Below are positions 1-12,500 of a stretch of 32,637 nucleotides of DNA, in pieces. The stretch is from Mesotaenium endlicherianum. Its lineage: Eukaryota. The notes under the pieces are model-generated. The model was given only the letters and a program-made list of their open reading frames with translations. It ran no database searches and was not told where the DNA came from. Location of the stretch: contig WELA01002318.1 of the NCBI GenBank assembly GCA_009602735.1, positions 443,291 to 475,927 on the forward strand, given 5' to 3'. Position 1 is the first letter of the stretch. Each line of letters begins with the position of its first letter. Made by a program: the position numbers and the translations under genes.

Positions 1-38
1 GGGAGAAGGGGGGGGGGAGGGGAGGGGGGGACACAGAC

Positions 39-86
39 CTCGTCGTGGGAGAGGAAGCGCACGAGCGGCATCAGAAATTCCGTGTT
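39..86 (-). CDS. SYMPK: Symplekin internal exon (start of the C-terminal domain region)
   Basis: CAG|NTEFLMPLVRFLSHDE|GTCTGT, 48 nt; not in the ORF track. Confidence 0.8.
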
Positions 87-2067
87 CTGCCCCCCACACG
101 CACACACAGACACGCACACACACACACACACAGACACGCACACACACACACACAGACACGCACACACACACTGTGAGACTTCAAGGGTTTCTAGGGCTCC
201 TCCCATCGGGCTCTCCTCCAACTGGTCAGTTGCGGCTCGTGGAGCCCCGGGAAGAGCCAGAGGACAGCAAGGCAAGCGCTCACACACAGCCACCTCCCAC
301 ACAGGCCCAAGCCCAGGCTCAGACTCAGGTTCAGGAGCACGCACGTGCCCAGGTGCATGCACCGGCACAGCATGGGCGCAGGTGCATGCACAGGAGCCAG
401 AGATGCATGGTCCCCCCCAGGTCCAGGAAGCGTTGAGATGGCGGCTTGGGGGGGGGAAGGGGGAGGGGAGAGCAGCAGCAGCAGCAGCATGCCTGGGGGT
501 GATTGGAGCAGAGGTTCTTCATGGCAGCCAGCAGCTTAGGCGGCGGGATGGGCGGCGCGGCGCCGCCCTTTCCGGGCTTCTCCGCCAGGCTCTCCAGCAC
601 CTGCTAGGTGTCGCGATGCCCGCCACCACGACCACAACGCCGCATGTCATCGTACGCTTGTGGCCGTTTCACAGTAGTAGGAAGGGTAGAGGCCAAATCG
701 GCGAATGACAAAGCGACAGCCAGAAAGCCAATCTCACACACGCAACACCCCCTTCATACTTGTGCACATCATTATCAATGTTATACTCACTTGCAAAACA
801 TAATCATAAATCACGGTGACTGCAACAAGGGGTGACTAAAGTGTGACACAACTAAGGGATTTTATCGTGCCTTGAGAACGAGGCTTAGCGTGACAAGTGG
901 CGCACAAGCGGCTGGCTGAGGCCAGCTGGCGGCGCGAACGCACCTTAAGGACGAGCGCGTCGCAGCCAGGTGGCGGGTCGGCAAGGACGGCCAGCAGCGG
1001 GTCAGATGTGGGCCCCACCTTGTTCGCCAGCACAGGGACAAGTCGATTGTCTGCCACCTGCCCCTCCCACAAACGACGGTGTACATTGCGTTTGAGTGTG
1101 TAGACCACCATATGCACGCCACCTGGCAAAGGGTGGGCAAGCAAGCAGACTCCTGAGCGGGAGGGCGGGCCGCCCGCACCCATGGGCTGACAAAAATCTC
1201 AAACATACTTGGCAACGCATTGGCGACACCTGTCACGATGTGAATTCATCATCGTGCAACGAGCATGAGGCAACGCCAATGTCAGGCAAAACCCTTCACA
1301 GAATGGCAGCAATCGTCGAAAGCCTAAACCACTCGCGATGGTTGCGAGACGCGCGCGCTGTGGCACGCCTGCGTTGAACCATTTAGAGGGCACGACCGGG
1401 CATGCGCTGCTGACCTGGCGGGCTGCCGCATGTGTGGAGCTGCCGTAGGCCGCAAACAGACGCTCCGTAAGAGCTTGCTTCTGCGCCCCGTTTGCACGCG
1501 CACCGCACCGCCCCGCCCGCCCACCCACCCCCACACCCCCACCGCAGCTGCCACGCACTTTGAGAGTCGCGCCCGTAAGGCTATGATGAATAAGGCTAGC
1601 AATGATGCTTGAATCATTACGACGATGATCATTATGTACCCAGATATAACTAGTACGGCGATGTTTACAACAAAGCAGCATACATCAATTTTTATTGCCA
1701 TACCTTGATAGCGCTCGCTAATGACCCCTGTTCGGCCTTACTATCAAAGGGGATGCAGAGCATGGCGAGACATGGGGGCGCAACCCAGCCTCTCCCGAAG
1801 CAGGCCTTCTGAATTGCACCACCTGGCAACGAAGAGGGCCCGACGTTTCTGCATGGGGTCCACGTGGCAACAGAAGGAGCAACTGGGGGCAAAGCTTTGG
1901 CTGAGGGATTCGGGGTTTTGGTTTGTGCCACGCGGGCGGACCTTGCAGAGGAGATGGGCAAAGAGCCTCATCTGCCGCCAGCTGGCATGCTGCGCTGCGT
2001 CGCAGTCCTCGCCCTCGCCCCCGCCCCCGCCCCCCCCCTTTTCGCCCTTGCCACCCTCCTCTCCCTC

Positions 2068-2121
<54 letters not shown>

Positions 2122-4135
2122 CTCCCCTTGTGGGCCCGCCATGGCCGCCTCCATCTGCTGCACAGCATACGCCTCAACACGTGGCGCCACGCTGGCAGCC
2201 TTCTTGTGCAGCTCCACTAGCGTGGTGGTGGCGGCCTCGCTCACCTCTGCACTCTCGTGGCCCGAGCTCTGCTCCCCCTCTCAAAGCCGGCCCCACACCC
2301 CCCAAGCGCGTGTGCGCACACACAGGCACACACACACACGCACACACACAGAGACACCACAGGCACTCACTCTGCCTCGATTTAATGGCAATGTGACTGA
2401 AGCTTTTCTCTTGCTTTGGCCTCTCATTGCCTTAAGCCTCCTTACGGCGCCATGAGACAGACGAAGCAGCCACCCCCCCCCCCCCCCNGTCCAGGAAGCG
2501 TTGAGATGGCGGCTTGGGGGGGGGAAGGGGGAGGGGAGAGCAGCAGCAGCAGCAGCATGCCTGGGGGTGATTGGAGCAGAGGTTCTTCATGGCAGCCAGC
2601 AGCTTAGGCGGCGGGATGGGCGGCGCGGCGCCGCCCTTTCCGGGCTTCTCCGCCAGGCTCTCCAGCACCTGCTAGGTGTCGCGATGCCCGCCACCACGAC
2701 CACAACGCCGCATGTCATCGTACGCTTGTGGCCGTTTCACAGTAGTAGGAAGGGTAGAGGCCAAATCGGCGAATGACAAAGCGACAGCCAGAAAGCCAAT
2801 CTCACACACGCAACACCCCCTTCATACTTGTGCACATCATTATCAATGTTATACTCACTTGCAAAACATAATCATAAATCACGGTGACTGCAACAAGGGG
2901 TGACTAAAGTGTGACACAACTAAGGGATTTTATCGTGCCTTGAGAACGAGGCTTAGCGTGACAAGTGGCGCACAAGCGGCTGGCTGAGGCCAGCTGGCGG
3001 CGCGAACGCACCTTAAGGACGAGCGCGTCGCAGCCAGGTGGCGGGTCGGCAAGGACGGCCAGCAGCGGGTCAGATGTGGGCCCCACCTTGTTCGCCAGCA
3101 CAGGGACAAGTCGATTGTCTGCCACCTGCCCCTCCCACAAACGACGGTGTACATTGCGTTTGAGTGTGTAGACCACCATATGCACGCCACCTGGCAAAGG
3201 GTGGGCAAGCAAGCAGACTCCTGAGCGGGAGGGCGGGCCGCCCGCACCCATGGGCTGACAAAAATCTCAAACATACTTGGCAACGCATTGGCGACACCTG
3301 TCACGATGTGAATTCATCATCGTGCAACGAGCATGAGGCAACGCCAATGTCAGGCAAAACCCTTCACAGAATGGCAGCAATCGTCGAAAGCCTAAACCAC
3401 TCGCGATGGTTGCGAGACGCGCGCGCTGTGGCACGCCTGCGTTGAACCATTTAGAGGGCACGACCGGGCATGCGCTGCTGACCTGGCGGGCTGCCGCATG
3501 TGTGGAGCTGCCGTAGGCCGCAAACAGACGCTCCGTAAGAGCTTGCTTCTGCGCCCCGTTTGCACGCGCACCGCACCGCCCCGCCCGCCCACCCACCCCC
3601 ACACCCCCACCGCAGCTGCCACGCACTTTGAGAGTCGCGCCCGTAAGGCTATGATGAATAAGGCTAGCAATGATGCTTGAATCATTACGACGATGATCAT
3701 TATGTACCCAGATATAACTAGTACGGCGATGTTTACAACAAAGCAGCATACATCAATTTTTATTGCCATACCTTGATAGCGCTCGCTAATGACCCCTGTT
3801 CGGCCTTACTATCAAAGGGGATGCAGAGCATGGCGAGACATGGGGGCGCAACCCAGCCTCTCCCGAAGCAGGCCTTCTGAATTGCACCACCTGGCAACGA
3901 AGAGGGCCCGACGTTTCTGCATGGGGTCCACGTGGCAACAGAAGGAGCAACTGGGGGCAAAGCTTTGGCTGAGGGATTCGGGGTTTTGGTTTGTGCCACG
4001 CGGGCGGACCTTGCAGAGGAGATGGGCAAAGAGCCTCATCTGCCGCCAGCTGGCATGCTGCGCTGCGTCGCAGTCCTCGCCCTCGCCCCCGCCCCCGCCC
4101 CCCCCCTTTTCGCCCTTGCCACCCTCCTCTCCCTC

Positions 4136-4189
<54 letters not shown>

Positions 4190-5644
4190 CTCCCCTTGTG
4201 GGCCCGCCATGGCCGCCTCCATCTGCTGCACAGCATACGCCTCAACACGTGGCGCCACGCTGGCAGCCTTCTTGTGCAGCTCCACTAGCGTGGTGGTGGC
4301 GGCCTCGCTCACCTCTGCACTCTCGTGGCCCGAGCTCTGCTCCCCCTCTCAAAGCCGGCCCCACACCCCCCAAGCGCGTGTGCGCACACACAGGCACACA
4401 CACACACGCACACACACAGAGACACCACAGGCACTCACTCTGCCTCGATTTAATGGCAATGTGACTGAAGCTTTTCTCTTGCTTTGGCCTCTCATTGCCT
4501 TAAGCCTCCTTACGGCGCCATGAGACAGACGAAGCAGCCACCCCCCCCCCCCCCCNNNNNNNNNNNNNNNNNNNNNNNNNNNNNCCCCCCCCCCCCCCCC
4601 CCTCAAGACACGGAATAACAATTTCCACACGTTCAAAACAGCCTTGTGGGGCCATCTTCAATGATTTCCTGGATGAGTCTCGGGCATGTCTCAAGTGCTT
4701 TGAGAGAGCACCACCACATCCAAAGCTCAAAGCTGAAGGAGAGAGGAAAAAAGCATTAAATTTGAAATTAAATAAGGTGGACCCCGAGCGCCCATCACAC
4801 GACTTTGTGTGGAGAGGGTGCGTCCTTCTTGCCTCAGGTTTGCGATTTTTGAGAGCAGCAACGTTCGGGGCATAGGAGGAGACTGGCTCACTCGCGCGCC
4901 TTTGCTGTTGTTCTAGCTACCCAATACATACATGTGCGCGACAGCTATCGGTACAGAGGAAGAGCTTGTCGTGATCGTAGCAGGGGGCAACGCATCTGCG
5001 CCACGAGCCCTGAACCTTTAGAGCCTCGTATTTTCTGCGATTGTCTCTATCACCCAAAAAAAATAAAAAAAGACTAAAAAAGAAGGAGAATAGCGCGTGC
5101 GTGCGACTACTCGCTAACCTTCACAGGAAGTGTCCGCTCCTTTACCCGGGCGACGTACGTCACTAATTCAGATCAACGACAACTGATATGAATCACAAGC
5201 CCTAGAACCTCCTGCGCGCGCGGGTCTCCATTCCGAGACTAAACGGCTGCGGCGGGTCGTATCCCTCCCACCCCAAGAGGTATTGCTGCAATGGATCCCG
5301 CCTGGGGCGGGGCCAACAAATACATGGCCTGCTTGCAAGCACGTCCCGCGAGATGGTGGCGACAGAGAGCGCCCGAGGGCACTCTGCACCGCACATGGAG
5401 CAAGCACTCGTCGCTCGCTCGCTTGCTCGTGCAGCCGGCAACAACACAGAGGGCTGGAATGAGCCAAGACTGGCTTTCAGTAGGACACGGGCAAGCGAGG
5501 AGAATTTGGGGGTGGGGAGGAAGGGAGGGAAAGGGGGGGTAAGGGAGGGAAAGGGGGGTTGAGGGGGGGTAAAGGGGAAAAAGGGGAGCGTAAGAAAGTA
5601 GAGCGGGGGGGAGGAAGGGCAGTGGGGCGAGTAGATGAATCACA

Positions 5645-5699
<55 letters not shown>

Positions 5700-6454
5700 G
5701 TACGCACGCACGCACGCACACGCGCAGGCACACACACGCGCGTACCTGGAGCAGGATGTCGAGGGAGGCCTGCCGGCAGGCAGGCCGTTGCAGCACAAGT
5801 GTCGTCAGCACAGACAGCGCCAGCTTAGTCCGGTCGCTTCTCTCTGACGCGCCCTCCTCCTCCGCAGCGGCTCCGCCCCCCCCCCCTGAAGCTGCTGCCG
5901 GCGCCGGAGGGGGGGGGGCTTGGATGAGGCCCTGCAGGAGGCCCAGGGCCTCAGGGGGGACAGCTGGCGCGTCGCACACAAGCGAGCCCACAACGTCAGC
6001 GCCGCCGTCCTCCTCCTCTGCCTCCTTCACCACCGCCTCCAGCTGCAGCCCCCTCCCCCCCCACCCAAACACAGCCACGCGCGCACACACACACCCACAG
6101 ACACCCACCCACACACAAACACACACACACATACACGCCCAGCCAAATGTAAGAAACAGCAGTGGGAAAATTAGGAGAGACAAACAACCAGCCTCTTTCC
6201 GAAGCGCCGGGGAAGCAGGCAGACAGTTGCTGCGAGAGGCAACACGGCCCCAGGTGTGGACGTGCGCGTGCGCGTGCATGCAAGTGCAACCTGCAAGCGC
6301 GCCCCTGCGTGCAAGCGATTGCTCGTCTCAAGACGGGACACGGCGGCTGCCAGCAGCGGAGATGCCAATTCACCCCTTGCGTGCGGCTTGCCAGATGACC
6401 CCCACCCCCACCAACGAAGTGCCTTCATTGTGAGACCTCCATATATATATATAC

Positions 6455-6513
<59 letters not shown>

Positions 6514-9500
6514 AGAGAGTACGGCCTCAAGTGTTTTTGTAACGTTTGTTGTGTGCGTGTGTGGGGGCTCCATGCTTGCCGTGTGCCAGCACCCCTCACC
6601 TTGCCACTCGAGAGCCGAATAGAGTGGGCCATGAGTGGGGAGACGCTTATTGCTGGACTAAGGAGAAAAGGGGGGAGGGGGGGTAGGCAAAAGAGAGGAG
6701 AGGCAAGGGAGGGCAGGGGTGGACAAAGAGGGACACAAGAGAGAGGGGGGGAGAGAGTACCAGGGAGAGGAGGAAGGAGGTGTAGGAGGCGGGAGGCGCG
6801 GACGCTTGGCGGTTGCTCCAGGCTTGCCTCTCCTCCTCTGACGACGCGGCGGAGGGGGCAGGCGAGGGCGACGACGACGCCGAGGAGGAAGAGAAGAAGA
6901 GATAGAACAGGAGCGCTTGCGCCACTTCCTGGCCCTGCAGCAGCAGCAGCAACAGCAGCAGCAGCGGCATCACGCCCCAGCCCCCAGCCCCCACCCTTTC
7001 ACACAGGGAAACTCCCATCAGCCTCCCTCCCCACGCCTTTCTGAAGCATTGCGTTCGGATCTGGACCAAATTCAGACTGGATCCGGACCAGATGTGGACC
7101 AGATTCAGACCCGAGTGAACAAGGCGTAGGCTGCCGCTTGCCTGAGAGAGGTTGACAACACGCAGTGGCCTCCCTTCACTTGCAAGCATGACAAGCTCAG
7201 ATTTGGGTGGAATGAGAACATGGGGGGGGGGAACCTCACTGCCGGGCCTCGCCTTCCCCCCACCCCCCCCCCCCCCTTCATCCTCACAATCGGATCCCTT
7301 GGCCTTGTTGTTTCGAAATGGCCGCTTTTAGCGACGCTGTCAGCGCAATCTCTGCTTCTGGCGCAGAAGCTCAGCCTCTGGATATGCAGTGGGGCCCAGA
7401 CAAGCAAGCTGACGGTTGGAAAAGGGAGGGGAAGGGGGAGGAGAGGAAGCTTTAGCCACTCGGTGTGCAAGCTGGTGCAAGGTGAACTGAGGGAGGGAGG
7501 GAGGGAGGNNNNNNNNNNNNNNNNNNNNNNNNNNNNNNNNNNNNNNNNNNNNNNNNNNNNNNNNNNNNNNNNNNNNNNNNNNNNNNNNNNNNNNNNNNNN
7601 NNNNNNNNNNNNNNNNNNNNNNNNNNNNNNNNNNNCCCCAAGCCCCCACCCCTTCCCCTTAAACAGAATCAGCGCATGAGCTAGCAGCACGCCTGTGGAG
7701 AGCTGATGCAAGGCAATCAAGCGGATACAGCGCTGCAACAGATGGGGCAGCACGTCTGGGTGGCAGAGGGGCGCACCTGGCAGCTGAGGCGGGCGGCGAG
7801 CGCCGTCCTCAGCCAGGTGGCGGCGGTGCCTGCGGTCGGCACGGCCGCCTGCGTCAGCGACGTGGACGCGGACCCAGACGAGGACGATGCTGTCGCCGCG
7901 CCACCTGTCAGCATTCGCATGACTGCCCCCCCAGAGAGCGCCGCCCGCTGCTCCGGCCCGAGGGCCTCGACTGCCACCATCCCTCCCCCAAAACCCCCTC
8001 CTCCTATGGCCAGAGCCCCTCCTCCCCCTACTGCTGCTGCTGCTGCTGCTGCTCCTGGATCTCCTGAGGGGCCAGAAGAGAGCGCTGCCTCGTCTGGCGC
8101 CTCCACGAGGGCACTCGAATGCTCGCCAGCTGGCATTGCGGCGGTTGAGTCCCGCATCAGGGGCCGCCAACCGCCGGCGGGCGGCACCTCGGCCCGCAGT
8201 GGCTCCTCCTTCACGCGTCGCCGCGGGTCCTGCTCCCACGCGCCCGCCCCCCCCCCAGCACTCCCATCCACTCCTCCTTTAACGACATCAAACGCGTTCG
8301 AGGTTTGTGTGTGTGTGTGTGTGTGTGTGTAAGTGGGAGCGGGCAACACGCGCCCAGTCCCCAACAGGGCAGCAGCAGTGAGACTAAGTATCTGCGTCAG
8401 TGAGAGTTACGCAGCACACACGCGTCAGCCACACGCCACTGGGGCCAGTCCGTCAGCCAATCAGCCAGCCAATCAGTCAGTCAGCCAGTCAGCCAGCCAA
8501 TCAGTCAGTCAGCCAGTCAGCCAATTAGTCAATACAGCGGTCAGCCAATCAGTGAGTCGCCTAGTTAGACATTTGGCCAGTCAGTCAGTTCTTCAGTCAG
8601 CCGATCAGACAGTGAGCCCGTCAGTCACCCAGTAACAGACGGCCAGCCAGCCAGCAGCAGAGTGGACGGATGAACACACGTACCCGACGAGGGTCTCGTC
8701 TCGCATCAGCCGTGCCGCCACCTGGCGCAGACAGACTCTGCCCCCCCGCCCCCGCTGCAGCAGCAGTAGCAGGGGCAGCGGCCGCAGGTGCGGGCGTGGG
8801 GGTGGGGTTGGGGGGGGGGGGCAGGTGGCGCTCTCTGGGAGCGTGGCGGGGAGGTGCTGCATGAACTCAATTACGATGTCTGCCAGCATGTCGGGCGGCA
8901 GGCCGTTGATAAGGAGATCCACGGACGGCATTGCCTTGGGCCCCTTTTGGACGAGCGCCCCAAGCATCCCCACCATCCGCTGGACAGGTGTCAGGCCCGT
9001 GTCTGCTCTGTAATGGACACCCGCCCCTGCCCCTGCCCCTGCGCCTGCGCCTGCGTCGCCTGTGACACCTGAGCTGGCGCCACCTGTCTCCCCTGCAGCC
9101 CCGGGGCCCTCTCTGCTTTCCCCTGGTCCACCTCCTCCTCCTGCTGCAGCTGCTGCTGCTGCTGCTGCTGCTGCGTCGGGCCGCGCGCGCTTTGCGCCCC
9201 GGGCGGCATCGTGGGCTTCTGACGAGCGCTTGCGAGGGTCTGCGGGGCTCTCCCCAGAAGCACCCTTCTTGGCGCCTGCTGCCGCTTCGCCGTTTGCTCC
9301 CACCTGGCGATGCGCAAGTACCCCCTTCCCCCCCCCCCTCCTCCCNNNNNNNNNNNNNNNNNNNNNNNNNNNNNNNNNNNNNNNNNNNNNNNNNNNNNNN
9401 NNNNNNNNNNNNNNNNNNNNNNNNNNNNNNNNNNNNNNNNNNNNNNNNNNNNNNNNNNNNNNNACCCCCACCTCCCCCTCCCACATGCCCGTGCCCAACC

Positions 9501-12500
9501 CCAATGAGTGCTTGTTCTACTCCTTCATGACATTTTCTTCTCCATGCGTTGTGTGATCTCACGCGCGCGCGGTATGCATGCACGCACGCACGCACGCGCG
9601 CACACACATACACACACGCATTGGCAATGTTGCACAAGCGTGTGCGTGCATGCTTCATGCCCGTGTGCCTGCAAGCACACGCTACTGCATGCGTGCGTGA
9701 GTGGGAAGTCCATGTCGCCCCTTTGGCGCCACGTCAACTGTGGCGCTGTCGGGGAGGCCAGCTAAGGAGCCAGCTGCCCGCGTCTCCAGGAGAAAGAGGT
9801 GGGCGTTACACTCCCACGTTCACACACCCCCCCCTCAAAAAGCTATAAATGCCCAGTCCTGTAGTGCCAGAGCAAGCCTATGCACAAATTATGAAAAGTG
9901 AATCCCCATGTGGGGAGAGGAGGAAGGAGGGGGGGGGGGNNNNNNNNNNNNNNNNNNNNNNNNNNNNNNNNNNNNNNNNNNNNNNNNNNNNNNNNNNNNN
10001 NNNNNNNNNNNNNNNNNNNNNNNNNNNNNNNNNNNNNNNNNNNNNNNNNNNNNNNNNNNNNNNNNNNNNNNNNNNNNNNNNNNNNNNNNNNNNNNNNNNN
10101 NNNNNNNNNNNNNNNNNNNNNNNNNNNNNNNNNNNNNNNNNNNNNNNNNNNNNNNNNNNNNNNNNNNNNNNNNNNNNNNNNNNNNNNNNNNNNNNNNNNN
10201 NNNNNNNNNNNNNNNNNNNNNNNNNNNNNNNNNNNNNNNNNNNNNNNNNNNNNNNNNNNNNNNNNNNNNNNNNNNNNNNNNNNNNNNNNNNNNNNNNNNN
10301 NNNNNNNNNNNNNNNNNNNNNNNNNNNNNNNNNNNNNNNNNNNNNNNNNNNNNNNNNNNNNNNNNNNNNNNNNNNNNNNNNNNNNNNNNNNNNNNNNNNN
10401 NNNNNNNNNNNNNNNNNNNNNNNNNNNNNNNNNNNNNNNNNNNNNNNNNNNNNNNNNNNNNNNNNNNNNNNNNNNNNNNNNNNNNNNNNNNNNNNNNNNN
10501 NNNNNNNNNNNNNNNNNNNNNNNNNNNNNNNNNNNNNNNNNNNNNNNNNNNNNNNNNNNNNNNNNNNNNNNNNNNNNNNNNNNNNNAACTGGAGGGAGGA
10601 GGAGGAGGAGGGGGGCAGATGGGGCCGGGGGCGAGGGGGAAAGGGGCGGGGGCAGGCACACCTGTTGAGGAGGACGATGGCGACAGGCGTGGTGAGGCGG
10701 GAGGCAGCGGGGGGGCGCAGGAAGGAGAGCAGCAGCACCAGGCTGCGGCTGGCCTCCTGCGCCAGCGCTGCCGAGTCCAGCAGAGGGTGCCGTGTGGCGC
10801 CCAGCCAGCTGATGCTCACTCCCCTCCCGCTGCTGCCTGCCCCAGCTCCACTTGCACCCAGCTCCCCTTCACTCAGGGCCTATCTTGCGCCACCTCTCTC
10901 TCTCTCTCCCTCTTCTCTAGCTCGTCTATTGTGCGGCCGCCACGACAAGTCAATGCAGTCATGCGCTTCTATGTGCACGTGTGTGCTTGTGGCGAAGGGA
11001 GGGAGGGAGGGGGAGAGAGGGGGAGAGGAGAAAATAAGCTGGTTGCCAGCTGGCAGAGCCAGGAAGGCGGCAGATTACTGGACACAGAGCTGCGCCTGGT
11101 GCTTGCTTTGGATATCGATCTATACGCATAAGGGGAGTACTGGACGGGGCGAGCGGAGGGTAGCATCGGAAGAGAGACTAAAATGAGCCTGCTGCCAGGT
11201 GTCGCAAGGCAGAGTAGAATGTGACAGTTTGACGTACTTCGTGCCTTTGGGGGTGTGAGAGGGGGAGAGGGTGAGGGGATGGGNNNNNNNNNNNNNNNNN
11301 NNNNNNNNNNNNNNNNNNNNNNNNNNNNNNNNNNNNNNNNNNNNNNNNNNNNNNNNNNNNNNNNNNNNNNNNNNNNNNNNNNNNNNNNNNNNNNNNNNNN
11401 NNNNNNNNNNNNNNNNNNNNNNNNNNNNNNNNNNNNNNNNNNNNNNNNNNNNNNNNNNNNNNNNNNNNNNNNNNNNNNNNNNNNNNNNNNNNNNNNNNNN
11501 NNNNNNNNNNNNNNNNNNNNNNNNNNNNNNNNNNNNNNNNNNNNNNNATGGGGGTGAGGGGAGGGGGGTGGGGAGGTGTGGGGGGTGTTTACCATTGACA
11601 GCACCGTCTTGGAGAGACTCTGTTGCGGGGAGCTGGGAGGAGGCGCCAGATGTAGGGTCGGATGTGAAGAGGAGAACCACAGACTCCACCAGCTTGACTG
11701 CGTGCAGCCTCACTCCGTCAATCTCATGCTGCAGCCCCCAGGCTCCGCATATTGACAGGTGTCAGAAGTTGAGGATGCCAGTCAGGCCCGCCCGCCGGCT
11801 GACTCGGCCTCCCCCTCCCAGCTGCACCTACACCTAGAATAAAACGCACGAAGCTTATCAAGAAACTTAAACAGAGGCCTCCCTCCCTCCCTCCTCCCCC
11901 CCCTTCCCTTCCTGCCTCCCCCTTTCCCCCAACTTGGTTACAGTCCCACAGGGAGAAGGGTGTAGACAGGGGACCTTCTCGGCTGCAGAATACGCAGCCT
12001 TCCGGAAGCTTTCCATGGCTGTCCAGCCTGCAGCAATTCGAGGCTCCATCTTCCCCTGTGCCACCCACTGGAGAACACAAAGGCCTTGCCGAATCGTATC
12101 AGGTTCTGAGATGGGTGCCAGTGCCGCCCTGCAGGAGTAAGAGTTTGACGTAAGAGGTAGAGTACGAATGCGGACGAAACTGAGGCATACCTGCAGGATG
12201 AGCTCCTCGAGAAGAGTACGAAGCAGTACAATTCCCGTCATGATTGCATGCTTTGCAACAGATGCTGTCGAGTCCTCCAGAAGGCTGGAAAGTGCAGGGG
12301 CGAACTCGATAATGTTCGCTGGGTGCTTCACTCCGACCTCCTCCATCATCCTACAATCACAAGGGCGATTCAGATCTCAACAAGGCGCACAAGCAACTGC
12401 CGCCATGACGAATCTTTCGTGCAAGATTGCAGAGGACCAGTAAGCATCTTACTCTGTTGCAAAACGCCGAACAGCTGGGGAAGGTTGGCAATGCAATTCT

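Larger units (their letters stand above)
421..4555. repeat. Tandem duplication of a 2068-bp block (421-2487 and 2489-4555) joined by a single N
   Basis: Both copies start GTCCAGGAAGCG and end in a C run; the ORF-track entries inside the block recur identically at +2068. Confidence 0.95.

Noticed and set aside
173..436. Plus-strand ORF with QAQAQAQTQVQ, and a similar hexamer run near 14805-14830
   Set aside because: Degenerate hexamer repeats inside introns, with no splice or family support
9690..9765. Possible missing symplekin exon (LASPTAPQLTWRQRG) after a TAG acceptor
   Set aside because: No resemblance to the expected symplekin segment and a stop in the phase-compatible frame; the missing exons are more likely in the N gaps
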